DNA from: an uncultured Pseudomonadota bacterium | GTDB lineage: Bacteria; Babelota; Babeliae; Babelales; JAUPTZ01 | Length of the DNA: 42,214 nucleotides | Assembly (NCBI GenBank): GCA_964429275.1 | Contig: CAYSBJ010000002.1 | Span: 240,245 to 282,458, forward strand | Reading direction: 5' to 3' | Part shown: positions 27,295 through 38,014 of the stretch, piece after piece | How positions within the stretch are numbered: position 1 is the stretch's first letter | How the letters are laid out: every line of letters starts with the position of its first letter | The notes under the pieces: generated by a model | Seen by the model: the letters and a program-made list of their open reading frames with translations, nothing else | What the model was told of the DNA's origin: nothing | Database searches by the model: none | Program-made: the position numbers and the translations under genes

Positions 27295-27707
27295 CAGCTC
27301 CCACCCTACCCCGCCACGGCAAAGCGCAACACGGCGCCGCCCCACAGCTGAACAAAACTGTACCGTTATCGGACTGGCTGGTATATAAACTATGGGCAAT
27401 GAACTCGTTAAAGCTGTAAAATGACGGTCATTCAATATCAATTGAAAGGTCGCCTATGTACGGACTCCGCGTAGCCTTATTCTTGCCATGCCTCACCATG
27501 GGGACAGCGTGCCCCAAAACAATCGATGATATCGTCGGCGAAACCACGCAAATATGCACGAAAACGACGTATTTTGAGCGCCGGGCATGGCTGCTCCATT
27601 ACCATACCATTGGCACCACCATCATCAAAAGCAACTTCCCTCGCGGGATACAAGAAAACTTTATAGAAAAGCTTGCCGCAGCACTGGCAAAAGACACTCC
27701 TCAAAAT

Positions 27708-28265
27708 GAAGCCGACCACGGCTTAAAAGCCGTGGTATCTAGCCTGAATATGGATGTACTTATTGGTTTTTAATGTACTCCCGAATACGATCTTCACTTA
27801 GCTGGCCCACTGTCTCAGCAAAATAGCCATCTGACCAGAAGCTATCTCCCCAAAGAAACTCTTCCAGTTCAGGGTATTCTTCTCTAATTTTTTTGCTACT
27901 ACCACCTTTGAATAGCTGCACTGCTCTGCTCACAGAGACATCCTGCCTCAATTGCACCAACATGTGCACATGATCCAATTGAATATTTAACTCATGAATC
28001 GCCCAACGATTTACCTCTGCACACTCTTTGAAGAGCTCCTCTAGTCGCGCAGATAATGCTCCTTTCAGAAGCCTTTTCCTGTATTTTGGAATCCAAACTA
28101 AATGATACATAAGCCGATGTTTACAATGTGCTCCCGTCCAATACTTCATAGTTGCAGAATACGCTAAACACCATCGCTTAGCAAAATCTAAGATTTTGCT
28201 TGCGCTTTAAGGCTACGCTTTCATCCCCAGGTTTAAAAGCCTGGGGTATTCAGCGAAGGGTAAAT
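27708..28265. mobile_element. IS200/IS605-family element (tnpA only), 558 bp
   Basis: Subterminal hairpins ACCACGGCTTAAAAGCCGTGGT (about 27715-27736) and CCCCAGGTTTAAAAGCCTGGGG (about 28225-28246); AAAT at both junctions; internal palindrome 28180-28200. Confidence 0.88.
27760..28149 (-). CDS. tnpA: IS200-family Y1 HUH transposase
   Basis: YHLVWIPKYRK, DHVHML (HUH), KGGSS, FWSDGYF, YIKNQ catalytic Tyr. Confidence 0.96.
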   Translation of the reverse strand: MKYWTGAHCKHRLMYHLVWIPKYRKRLLKGALSARLEELFKECAEVNRWAIHELNIQLDHVHMLVQLRQDVSVSRAVQLFKGGSSKKIREEYPELEEFLWGDSFWSDGYFAETVGQLSEDRIREYIKNQ

Positions 28266-28724
28266 AAAAACTTTAGTAGAAAAAACCTTCATTACATGGC
28301 ACACTTAGCGGCGCAATACAGCCACGATGAGCTAGCGTACAGCGCACTTGGGCTCATTCCGTGGGGACACGTAGCGCTATTGCTTTGTATCGTGGCTGAC
28401 AAAGCACAACGTGAAACGCTCGCACAAGCAGCGAATGAAAGCGACTGGACGCTCGCAGAATTGTGGGACAAAATCAATGATGAATTCAATCATTCGCCAC
28501 GGCCACCGCGACCACGAAAACGGCCACAAAAGCTACAGTAAGTTGTCCAAATAGTTGAAGCAAAACATAATAACCTCTTAATAATTTGCGAAAAAAAGTT
28601 TTCTGCGTGTGCAAAATTTTTCACAACTCACACTGCCAGTAAAAATAGGCACTTTCGGCGGAATCAATAAAGTTTCTAGTGTGAAGATCTTAGCCAATCG
28701 GCGAAGATTTGTACGCAGTAAATC

Positions 28725-28752
28725 TTGACATATTGTCCTCCTTGGCTATAAT
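28725..28752 (+). promoter_or_regulatory. Sigma70 promoter of dnaK
   Basis: TTGACA-16 nt-TATAAT. Confidence 0.75.
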
Positions 28753-28798
28753 TTTAGACACATGACTATTGCATGTCTTAATCAGAAAGGTTTTTTGC

Positions 28799-30691
28799 AT
28801 GGCAAAAATTATCGGAATTGACTTAGGAACGACCAACTCCGTTGTCTCAGTAATGGAAGGCGGCGTTGCCAAAGTTATCTCAAACCAAGAAGGTGCAGCA
28901 ACCACCCCATCGGTTGTAGCCTATACCAAAGATGGCCAACGTCTTGTTGGTGCAGTTGCAAAGCGACAAGCGGTAACCAATCCAACAAATACTATTTTCT
29001 CGGTAAAGCGATTTATCGGTAAGCAATTCAGCACACTCGCCAAAGAAGACATTGAACGCATGCCATACAAATTGGTAGCGGGCGATGGCGGAGATGTAGC
29101 TGTTTCGATTGAGGGTAAAAAGCTAGTACCAGCTGAAATCTCTGCCGCAGTACTTCAAAAACTCAAAACAGCTGCCGAAGAGTATTTGGGCGAAAAGGTA
29201 ACCGCTGCGGTTATCACCGTTCCGGCCTATTTCAATGACGCGCAACGCCAAGCAACTAAAACTGCTGGCCAAATTGCAGGTCTTGATGTAAAGCGCATTA
29301 TTAACGAGCCAACCGCTGCAGCACTCGCATACGGCATGGATAAAAAGAACCATGAAACAGTTGCAGTATTTGACTTCGGTGGTGGTACATTTGACGTTTC
29401 GATCTTAGAAGTCGGTGATGGCGTTGTAGAGGTAAAAGCAACCAACGGTAACACCGAACTCGGTGGCGACAATATCGACGAAGTACTCATCAAGTACCTA
29501 GTTGACGAGTTCAACAAAGAAAACGGCACCAATTTGATGCAAGATAAAATGGCATTACAACGGCTCAAAGAAGCGGCAGAAAAAGCAAAAATTGAGCTTT
29601 CCTCCGCAACTGAAACCGAAATTAACTTGCCGTATATCACTGCTGACGCGAGCGGCCCAAAGCATTTGGTAACCAAAATTACCCGCACAAAGCTTGAAAA
29701 CCTATGTGCAGAAATCTTTAAAGGCCTGTTCGAGCCATGTAAAAAAGCTATTGCTGACGCTAAAGTCGACATAAAACAAATCGACGAAGTCATCTTGGTT
29801 GGTGGCTCTACTCGCATTCCAAAGGTTCAGCAAATGGTTAAAGAGTTCTTTGGTAAAGAGCCAAATCGCTCAGTAAACCCTGACGAAGTCGTATCCGTAG
29901 GCGCAGCAATTCAAGGCGGCGTATTGTCCGGCGACGTAACCGACGTGCTCCTTCTTGACGTTACCCCACTCTCTTTGGGTATCGAAGTTATGGGCGGTAT
30001 TGGCGCAAAGATCATTGAACGCAACACCACCATCCCAACCCAAAAGTCACAAGTATTCTCAACCGCTGAAGATAACCAAACAGCAGTAGACATACACGTG
30101 GTTCAAGGGGAACGCGAATTTGCTCGTGACAACAAGACTCTCGGCCGCTTCCGCCTCGAGGGTATTGCACCCGCACCGCGTGGCGTACCTCAAATTGAAG
30201 TAACATTCGATATCGATTCAAACGGTATCGTAAATGTTTCAGCAAAAGACAAAGGAACCGGCAAAGAACAAAAGATAACTATTACCGATTCAACCGGCAT
30301 CTCAAAAGAAGATGTTGAACGCATGGTGAACGAAGCAAAGCTCCATGCCGAAGAAGACAAGAAGCAAAAAGAAGTTGTAGAGCAACGCAACCAACTTGAT
30401 CAACTTATCATGCAGATCGAGAAAACGCTGAAAGAAAACAGCGAAAAGCTGCCGACAGAAGAAATTGCTAACGTTAATAGCGCTCTTGAAAAAGCAAAAG
30501 ATGCGCTCAAGACCCATGCAAACGATCTTGCTGAGCTTAAAAAAGCAAGCGACGAACTTCTTGCTGCATCTCATAAGGTTGCTGAGATACTCTATAAAGA
30601 CTCTCAACAATCCGGCGCTGCTAGTGGCCAAGGGGCGCAAGCTTCCGAAGGCGATTCAGAGCAGAATCCAATAGACACTGAAGCCGAGTAA
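28799..30691 (+). CDS. dnaK: Chaperone DnaK (Hsp70)
   Basis: [65 protein letters not shown]. Start ATG 28799. Confidence 0.99.
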   Translation: MAKIIGIDLGTTNSVVSVMEGGVAKVISNQEGAATTPSVVAYTKDGQRLVGAVAKRQAVTNPTNTIFSVKRFIGKQFSTLAKEDIERMPYKLVAGDGGDVAVSIEGKKLVPAEISAAVLQKLKTAAEEYLGEKVTAAVITVPAYFNDAQRQATKTAGQIAGLDVKRIINEPTAAALAYGMDKKNHETVAVFDFGGGTFDVSILEVGDGVVEVKATNGNTELGGDNIDEVLIKYLVDEFNKENGTNLMQDKMALQRLKEAAEKAKIELSSATETEINLPYITADASGPKHLVTKITRTKLENLCAEIFKGLFEPCKKAIADAKVDIKQIDEVILVGGSTRIPKVQQMVKEFFGKEPNRSVNPDEVVSVGAAIQGGVLSGDVTDVLLLDVTPLSLGIEVMGGIGAKIIERNTTIPTQKSQVFSTAEDNQTAVDIHVVQGEREFARDNKTLGRFRLEGIAPAPRGVPQIEVTFDIDSNGIVNVSAKDKGTGKEQKITITDSTGISKEDVERMVNEAKLHAEEDKKQKEVVEQRNQLDQLIMQIEKTLKENSEKLPTEEIANVNSALEKAKDALKTHANDLAELKKASDELLAASHKVAEILYKDSQQSGAASGQGAQASEGDSEQNPIDTEAE

Positions 30692-30708
30692 CGGCTAACA
30701 GTCATAAC

Positions 30709-30748
30709 TTAGCAAAAGAGGCCGCTGAAAAGCGGCCTCTTTTGCTAA
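30709..30748 (+). terminator. Rho-independent terminator after dnaK (potentially bidirectional)
   Basis: Perfect 18-bp stem TTAGCAAAAGAGGCCGCT-GAAA-AGCGGCCTCTTTTGCTAA. Confidence 0.9.
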
Positions 30749-30862
30749 AAGCTCATGGTTTATCTTGAGAGCCTTGACCCCCTCGAAACAGACCAGATAC
30801 ACTGAAGATGCTTCGGAAAAGTACCGAACAGGTAACCAACACCTTATTATGGAGACTTGATT

Positions 30863-31039
30863 ATGAAAAAAGGACTATTGTTTGCGGTAGCTATGGGCGC
30901 GGTAATACTGTCTGGCTGCGGCCCGTTCTGCAGCAGCGAAACGAAAAAAGATGGCAAAGATGCTAAGACCGAAAAAAAGGTCGAAGCTACTAAAGAATCT
31001 AAGAAAGTTGAAACAAAAGAAATTTCAGCTGAACAGTAG
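30863..31039 (+). CDS. Small Lys/Glu-rich lipoprotein
   Basis: RBS GGAGA; MKKGLLFAVAMGAVILSGC lipobox. Confidence 0.75.
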   Translation: MKKGLLFAVAMGAVILSGCGPFCSSETKKDGKDAKTEKKVEATKESKKVETKEISAEQ

Positions 31040-31055
31040 ATTATCACCAACACTC

Positions 31056-31098
31056 GCAAAAAAGGGCAAGTACCTAAACAGCACTTGCCCTTTTTTGC
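31056..31098. terminator. Bidirectional terminator between convergent genes
   Basis: GCAAAAAAGGGCAAGT ... ACTTGCCCTTTTTTGC 16-bp inverted repeat. Confidence 0.85.
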
Positions 31099-31113
31099 TT
31101 TTAACCAGAAAGA

Positions 31114-33168
31114 CTATGCTTTCTCTTTTTCATTAACCGCACTAACCCATTTGATATAAGCATCACTCGTTGCAGGGCGCCCCAGAAAGTTTGCTAGTAA
31201 TTCGCGAGGATGCATGCTGCCCCCTGGCCTTAGAATCTTCTCTACAAATTCCTTACCTATCGCCTCGTCCAAAAGGCCATGCTCTTCTATGCGCGAAAAA
31301 ACATCAAAAGCAAAGGACCGCGAAAACGAATAGCCATAGTAACAAGGGCCGTATGCTGGCATGTGACCAAACGACGCATAAAATTTATTGTCTGTATCCC
31401 ACGCCATACCGCGCATATAGCGCAAGTACATTTCACGTAAAAGACCATCCAAATCAACAGGAGTTGGACTATCATGGATGGCGAGCGCAAACATCGAGTA
31501 ATAAATCTGGTTCATATCAAAATAACTACGCCCCGATTTTCGTGCAGCAACCATTTTTCGAATAAGCTCATCAGGCAGCGGCTCACCTGTTTTATAATGC
31601 CCGCTAACCAAACGCAACATATCAGGTCGCCACATCCATTCTTCCATAATCTGAGAAGGCAGCTCTATAAAATCAAGCATTACCCCCATACTACCACTTG
31701 TCTTGAAGTGACTGGTACAACTTAATGAGTTATGAATAGCATGCCCAAATTCATGAAAAAATGTCGTAACATCCGTATGCAAGAAAAGAGCTGGTGTATT
31801 ACCACGTGCCCTAGGAAAATTTGCAACAATCACACTCACCGATGGCACTTCATACAACATGCCATCCTCTTTGCTATGGCGGAGAACGCGCGGTATTATT
31901 TCATGGCAGCATGCATGCGAATATTTTTGAGGACGAGGATAGAGGTCCATGAGTATATGCGCTAGCACACGAGAACGGTCTTTAGTGTATACGGTAATTC
32001 CTTGCACTGATTCGTGCCAAGCGCCAGGAACTGTTGGATGATATTCAAAAGAAACGCCCATAAATTTTTCATAAATAGCGAAAATACCCTGAACCGCTCT
32101 ATCAACCGGAAAATACTGCGCTAATTCGCTATTATCGAGACTAGAGTTAATTTTCTCGTAAGTCGCCAGTGCATAAGGAACGTCCCACGGCTGCACTCTG
32201 CCGTCCCCAGACAGCTCCACATCCTTAGGCAAAGTAGACATTAAATTCTCAAAGTCACGGACTGCAGCCCCCTCTATTTTTTCAAAAAGGTATTCTAGAT
32301 AAGATCGCGCATTTTCAGGAGATTCAACCATATACCCAGCCAGCGCATAAGCTGCATAACTCTCATAGCCCAAAAGCTGTGCCAACTCGCGACGCAACGC
32401 CAGCATTTTTTGTAGATTTTCTTCATTCTCTGGATAGGCTCGAGAATCATGTGCTTTTTTAAATTCGCGACGCACCATCGGATTAGTGCAGTGCTGTAAA
32501 AGCGCGTTTAGCGTTGAACGCGTACAATACAAAACAACATGGCCTTGCGCATCCCGAGCTTGAGCTGCAAGAAATTCTGGCGACACACCGGTTAGCTCAT
32601 TTTCAGGAAACGTTAGCGTTGTTGTATCATTATTCAATGTTGCGTCAAACGCGTTGCAGTACTGTTGAAGCTCCTCTTCAATAGCCACAATACGCGCAAT
32701 CGTGGCGGCATCCCTATCATAGCCGCACCGCTTGAAGTCGGTCATAATTTTTTTAAAAAAATACTGCTGTTCGTCAGTCAAAACCTCATTGGCCATTCCG
32801 TGATCACGATACTCACAAAAAGCTTTATAAATTACTGCATCTTTACAAATTTTAATCGATTCCTGCTGGATAGCACGGTAGGGATCAGCGCGATGAGCAA
32901 CCTCAGTACTTACTTGCTTAAATACTGCCGCAGCCGAACTCATAACAAATACAAGGCCTTCCATTTCATCATACGCAGACACCGTGTTAGCATACGTACG
33001 CCTTTCAGGCGCAATCGCAAGAATTTCCGCTTTTATTGCCGCAATATCAACGAGTACTTCACCCACTATTTTCTCTGCATCAGCGACAGTAGTCGGAATA
33101 AAAGCCAAGGCATCAGACAATGATGATACCGACTTTCCACGTAGAATCTTTAAAAAGTTGCTTTGCAT
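31114..33168 (-). CDS. M3A family metallopeptidase (thimet oligopeptidase/oligopeptidase A-like)
   Basis: FFHEFGHAIH zinc motif, DFIELPSQIMEEW, HYKTGEPLP, FGH..YYGY, FLGRP. Confidence 0.93.
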   Translation of the reverse strand: MQSNFLKILRGKSVSSLSDALAFIPTTVADAEKIVGEVLVDIAAIKAEILAIAPERRTYANTVSAYDEMEGLVFVMSSAAAVFKQVSTEVAHRADPYRAIQQESIKICKDAVIYKAFCEYRDHGMANEVLTDEQQYFFKKIMTDFKRCGYDRDAATIARIVAIEEELQQYCNAFDATLNNDTTTLTFPENELTGVSPEFLAAQARDAQGHVVLYCTRSTLNALLQHCTNPMVRREFKKAHDSRAYPENEENLQKMLALRRELAQLLGYESYAAYALAGYMVESPENARSYLEYLFEKIEGAAVRDFENLMSTLPKDVELSGDGRVQPWDVPYALATYEKINSSLDNSELAQYFPVDRAVQGIFAIYEKFMGVSFEYHPTVPGAWHESVQGITVYTKDRSRVLAHILMDLYPRPQKYSHACCHEIIPRVLRHSKEDGMLYEVPSVSVIVANFPRARGNTPALFLHTDVTTFFHEFGHAIHNSLSCTSHFKTSGSMGVMLDFIELPSQIMEEWMWRPDMLRLVSGHYKTGEPLPDELIRKMVAARKSGRSYFDMNQIYYSMFALAIHDSPTPVDLDGLLREMYLRYMRGMAWDTDNKFYASFGHMPAYGPCYYGYSFSRSFAFDVFSRIEEHGLLDEAIGKEFVEKILRPGGSMHPRELLANFLGRPATSDAYIKWVSAVNEKEKA

Positions 33169-33252
33169 GAGGGACCTTCCAGGCTCTATTTTAGAAATAT
33201 ATTAGAGCAAGACAGAGTACACCCACACAATAAAAATGACTAGCCCCTCAGA

Positions 33253-34065
33253 CTAGGCTGCAGCAGCAGCCAGATCGCCACCAGCCGAGGCAACGCCCGA
33301 TCCCGTAGCTGTAGCAAGTGATCCAGCACTTGAACTTACGCCAGAGCTGGCCATTCCAGCACTTCCCGCAGCTATCCCATTAGCAGCGGCAACAGCAGCC
33401 GCAGCAGCACTTGCCTGTTGCTGTGTATCAACACTAGAATTTATCTCATCGGGAGAAAACCCAAGAGCCGCACCAAGACCAACCGCTGAACTTCTCGTCA
33501 ACTGATCATCTGCAGCTTGCTCGTTCGCTTGCGCAGCGGCCTGTGCTTGTGCAATTTGAGCACTCATCGCAGCAGCTGCTTGATTGTCGGCTGCCGCTTG
33601 CGCCTGCGCATCTTGAGCATCTTGAGCCTGTATTGCTGCCTCTGCTTGAGCATCTCCGCCATTTGGCATCCCAAAGCCTTGCTGACCGTCCATCATCCCT
33701 GGCTGCATACCCGGCTGCAGCATCATCCCTTGCTGCCCCTGCGGCTGGACTCCTTGGGCCCCCATTATGCCTTGTTGCATACCTTGTTGTAAGCCTTGCT
33801 GGCCAGCCATCATCCCTTGTTGAAGATTATTCGTCATATTTTGCTGCGCAACAGCCAACTGTCCAGCCATTTGACCCCCAGCCAATGCAAGCCTACCCAT
33901 TGCTTGCCCTCCCAGAAGGGAAGCATTCGTCATCGTATTAGTAAGGCTGGACATTGCCTCAAAAGGATTAAATGCACACACATAGTTTCCGCTCACTATC
34001 AGAGCCACAAAAAGGCTTCGCGCTATATTTTTTTTCATAGTAAATGTAACTCCCACTTTATTCAT
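33253..34065 (-). CDS. Secreted low-complexity Gln/Gly/Met/Ala-rich protein
   Basis: Signal peptide (MKKNIARSLFVALIVSGNYVCA; alternative start ATG 34038), QQGM/QPGM repeats, Ala-rich C-terminus; TAATG overlap with the upstream gene. Confidence 0.75.
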   Translation of the reverse strand: MNKVGVTFTMKKNIARSLFVALIVSGNYVCAFNPFEAMSSLTNTMTNASLLGGQAMGRLALAGGQMAGQLAVAQQNMTNNLQQGMMAGQQGLQQGMQQGIMGAQGVQPQGQQGMMLQPGMQPGMMDGQQGFGMPNGGDAQAEAAIQAQDAQDAQAQAAADNQAAAAMSAQIAQAQAAAQANEQAADDQLTRSSAVGLGAALGFSPDEINSSVDTQQQASAAAAAVAAANGIAAGSAGMASSGVSSSAGSLATATGSGVASAGGDLAAAAA

Positions 34066-36358
34066 TATCCACCACGACGTGCAATAACCGTCGCCGCAGT
34101 ACCCGTTGTTTGATCTACTACAGTCACTGTCTGCCCGCCAACACTACCACGCGTCGGTTCAACCTGTTGCGCCGCAACAACTGGTGCTCCAGAGACTGCA
34201 GCGTTGGTTGCTTGATACGCATTATTTGTGGCGATAGTACTAGCATTTGCAGAATTAACAATAGCCCCAGAAATAGCATTAATAGTAGCAGCACTGCCAT
34301 TCGCAAGACCTGTTGCCGCCCCAGAAATAGCATTAATAGTGCCGACACCAGATGTATTTAATACCACTGAACTCTGATACGTTTGATACGCGGTATAGAA
34401 ACTCATAAATAGCTTTGACTCTGCCGCACTAACCACGGACTGCACTAATGAGGTATACGCAGACGCAAAAACTTGTTTCGCCTGAGCAATTTGAGCAGTA
34501 TTAGTGCCAGTTGCATACAGCACAAAGTAATCTTTATCCAACCCTTGTACTAAGCGCGAAACGCTATCAGGCGTACCATCACCCACCCGGTTATTTTGCG
34601 CTTGCAAGTCAATTGATTTATCGGTTAAGTAATCCTTAAACTGGGCATTAGTCAACTTCTTAAACTTATCGGCACGCATCGCAGCAAGCAATGCCGTCTT
34701 AACGGACAATAATGAGTTCGCCAAGGTGATGAGCGCTGACTTTGCTAACGAGCACGGTTGGGCGCCAGCCGCCGCAAAAATTGGTTGTAACGTGCCGGAC
34801 AGAGATTCGGTCGAAAACCATGCAATATCAGCAGCAGTTGAATTCACAATAATCTTTGGAGCAAATGAAGCAGGAGTAATCGTTAAAATGTTACTTGTTG
34901 CCGCCGTCGCACCCCTTGTAGCCGCGTCCTCAACTGCAGCAGCAATAGCATTTCCCGTCGTAGCAACCTGGGTGGCTGCATTATCCACCGCTGCCCCTAA
35001 AGAATTAATGACCCCGTCAGATCTATTTACAACATTATTGATTTGATTGTCTTGGGTGTTCACGGCAGCATTAAGTGCATTCGCTTTTTCACTCGCTGCA
35101 TTTAACCCATTACTTGCCATCTGATTTGCGGCAGTTGTTTGCGTGTTGATGTTATTATTGAGAGTCCCAACTTGCGTATTTAGACTATTATTTAAAGCAT
35201 TCCCCTGCGTATTAATAACCCCAGACATTTGATTTGCTTGCGCATTCGCCGCATTCACCGCATTACTTGCCGTCTGATTTGCGGCAGTTGTTTGCGTGTT
35301 GATGTTATTATTGAGAGTCCCAACTTGNNNNNNNNNNNNNNNNNNNNNNNNNNNNNNNNNNNNNNNNNNNNNNNNNNNNNNNNNNNNNNNNNNNNNNNNN
35401 NNNNNNNNNNNNNNNNNNNNNNNNNNNCCGTCTGATTTGCGGCAGTTGTTTGCGTGTTGATGTTATTATTGAGAGTCCCAACCTGCGTATTTAGACTATT
35501 ATTTAAAGCATTCCCCTGCGTATTAATAACCCCAGACATTTGATTTGCTTGCGCATTCGCCACATTCACCGCATTACTTGCCGTCTGATTCGCAGCAATT
35601 GTTTGCGTTTTGATGTTATTATTGAGAGTCCCAACCTGCGTATTTAGACTATTATTTAAAGCATTCCCCTGCGTATTAATAACCCCAGACATTTGATTTG
35701 CTTGCGCATTCGCCACATTCACCGCATTATTTAGCGTAGAATTTAACGCCATAGTTTGAGCATTAGAATTTGCCATATAATTGGTAGCAGTGTTGTTAAC
35801 AAGCGCCTGCGCGTTAGTTGCTTGATTGTTTGCAGCCTTAATCGCATTATTTGCCGCAGTATTAGCCGCAGTTGCTTGCGCGTTCGCATCATTGATGGCA
35901 GTGTTTGCCGTTTGCTGCGCCGCTCCAATGCCGTAAATAGCAGTGTTGTTTAGCAACTGTCCATTATTATTGATAGAACCTGCAAGATTGTTGATACTTC
36001 CCGTTAGGGTATTAGTATTTGCAGCCAAACCACTCTGCAGCGTTGATGTCGCCCCTGCCGCACCCTGCTGCATTCCCTGAGCCAAAGCCTGCCCAGCTGC
36101 CTGAAACTGCTGGCTTAAAAAAGAACTCAGGCCCCCCAAACCACTACCACCTGTTGCGGTATTGGCAGCAGAGCCCATATTAGTAGCCGCAGATCCCACA
36201 GAAGATGCAGCCTGTTTTACTTGATTTGCCATAACAGCACCACCAATAGCCGCTTTAAAAAGACCATCAAAAATGCCCGCACCAAACAAAAATGGCCCCC
36301 AGGCACATAGAAAGATTGTTAGTGTGCTATATCGACACCACTGTACTTTATACAACAT
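34065..36358 (-). CDS. Large secreted Asn/Ala/Gln-rich repeat protein (one gene split by the N gap)
   Basis: ORFs 35255-36358 and 34065-35258 share the same 51-aa repeat on either side of the gap; signal-like N-terminus. Confidence 0.8.
35121..35730 (-). repeat. 153-nt (51-aa) tandem repeat, at least 4 copies
   Basis: Unit anchors CTGATT at 35121, 35274, 35432 and 35585 (spacing 153 on each side of the gap). Confidence 0.9.
35328..35427. other. Scaffold gap (100 N placeholder)
   Basis: Run of N within the 153-nt repeat; repeat phase implies a true length of 95+153k nt. Confidence 0.95.
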
Positions 36359-36592
36359 AAATAAAGCCTCGCTTCAGACTTTGGCCACACTATAAAATTC
36401 TTTACCACCGATAATTCAATGGTACGCTTTTCAGAAAGCCAAAAACAAGCATCAAGCTCTTTTAAGAATATAATAAGCTAGAGACGGCCACTCCCTATTC
36501 TGATATACTTCGCCACCCATTGACAGTCAACACAAAAATCTGACATATATTTACGACCTTCTAGCAAAATAATTTTTATAAACGGTAGCATT

Positions 36593-38014
36593 ATGCGGCA
36601 TATCCAGCCCCATGTCATATGGGAAGAATTTCTTAAAATAGCCAAAGAAGAGGCCGGCAGCCAGGTAGTAGAAACGTGGTTCAAAGCGGTTTCTTTGAGT
36701 GCCATCAATGTCGATCGACAAGAAGTAACCCTTATTATGCCCAACTCCTTTGTCAGCAATTGGATCCAGGAACACTACCATAACCTCCTAGTAACGCACC
36801 TCAAGCGGCTCCTGAACACCGCAAGCGTTATCATCATTTTTGCTGGCCCGCACACTGAAAAAAAATCAGACCCATCCTTAACTGATACCGGCGATTTAGC
36901 CCTATTACCACAAACTTTTAAGCCGGCAACTATTACCAAAATGGGTTCAGCGCAGCTGGTTCCACACGCTACCCCTGCCAGGCCGCGTGAGCAACAATTG
37001 CTCAACGAACATTACCGATTTGACACGTTTGTAGTTGGTCCCAGCAATTCCTTGGCCCATGGCGCATCATATGCCGTTAGCCAATCACTCGGGACCGTCT
37101 ACAATCCCCTCTTTATCTACGGCGGGACCGGACTTGGCAAAACACACCTTCTTCACGCCATCGGCAATGAAGCCAAAAAACAGCATCCAGACATTCGCGT
37201 TCGCTACGAGACATCAGACCAATTCATGCACGACTTTATTCGCTCCATTCGGTTTGATAAAGCTCACCAATTCCGTGAACGATACCTGAGCCTAGACTTA
37301 TTACTCATAGATGACATCCAGTTCTTTTCCAATAAAGAGCAGACTCAGGAGACATTTTTTCACATATTTAACGCCTTGTATGAACAAAAGAAGCAAATTG
37401 TACTTTCAAGCGATACCTTCCCCGAAGAGATCAAGGGTCTCCAAAGCCGCCTAACCTCTCGCATGGAATGGGGATTAGTTGCTGACATGCAAACTCCCGA
37501 CTTAGAGACCAAAGTCGCTATACTCACCAAAAAAGCCGAGCAACATAATATCACACTAGATGACGAGGTAAGCCATTTCATTGCTAGCCGCGTCCACACA
37601 AACATTCGACAACTTGAGGGGGCGCTCATTCGTGTTGATGCTTTTGCATCCCTCACTGGCCAGCCAATTTCTCTTTCTTTGGCAAAACGGGTCCTTCTTA
37701 ACTTCAACGAGCCGCGACCGCAAACAGTTGATTTACAAGATGTGGCGACACAGATTGCTAAAAAGTGCGGCATAAGCGTGGCCGACCTTAAGTCAAAAAA
37801 TCGTAACAAAGATGTATCAAACGCACGCCAAATAGCATGCTATATAATGAAAAAACTCACCAATCACTCACTTCAGGCAATTGGGCAATTCTTAAATGGT
37901 CGAGACCATTCAACCATTATTCACGCCATTAGCACCGTTGAAGAACGCCGAAAAACAGACCGCCTGTTTGCTGTAAAAATACAACGTCTAGAAGAAGAGA
38001 TTCTGAATCGCTAA
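36593..38014 (+). CDS. dnaA: Chromosomal replication initiator DnaA
   Basis: YRFDTFVVGPSN, YNPLFIYGGTGLGKTHLLHAIGN, LLIDDIQF, QETFFHIFN, RQLEGAL, GRDHSTIIHA. Confidence 0.98.
   Translation: MRHIQPHVIWEEFLKIAKEEAGSQVVETWFKAVSLSAINVDRQEVTLIMPNSFVSNWIQEHYHNLLVTHLKRLLNTASVIIIFAGPHTEKKSDPSLTDTGDLALLPQTFKPATITKMGSAQLVPHATPARPREQQLLNEHYRFDTFVVGPSNSLAHGASYAVSQSLGTVYNPLFIYGGTGLGKTHLLHAIGNEAKKQHPDIRVRYETSDQFMHDFIRSIRFDKAHQFRERYLSLDLLLIDDIQFFSNKEQTQETFFHIFNALYEQKKQIVLSSDTFPEEIKGLQSRLTSRMEWGLVADMQTPDLETKVAILTKKAEQHNITLDDEVSHFIASRVHTNIRQLEGALIRVDAFASLTGQPISLSLAKRVLLNFNEPRPQTVDLQDVATQIAKKCGISVADLKSKNRNKDVSNARQIACYIMKKLTNHSLQAIGQFLNGRDHSTIIHAISTVEERRKTDRLFAVKIQRLEEEILNR

Larger units (their letters stand above)
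27456..28541 (+). pseudogene. DUF1016 (YhcG) N-terminal-domain gene interrupted by IS200
   Basis: Joining 27456-27707 to 28266-28541 gives LLHYHTIG..FIEKLAAALAKDTPQN|KNFSRKNLHYM..IPWGHVALLL..DWT..L (DUF1016_N pattern), 175 aa. Confidence 0.8.

Noticed and set aside
28200..28265. N-terminus of ORF 28200-28541 as a real protein start
   Set aside because: These codons are the IS end hairpin; the DUF1016-like sequence resumes at 28266.
29123..30674. Several long antisense/alternate-frame ORFs within dnaK
   Set aside because: Typical shadows of a conserved gene; no independent motifs.
34065..34990. TTATCCACC near-DnaA boxes at about 34065 and 34982
   Set aside because: Isolated one-mismatch hits inside coding sequence, not clustered.
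35255..35327. Apparent frameshift or two-gene split in the repeat protein
   Set aside because: Caused by the arbitrary 100-N gap; repeat phase predicts 95+153k nt, which keeps the frame.
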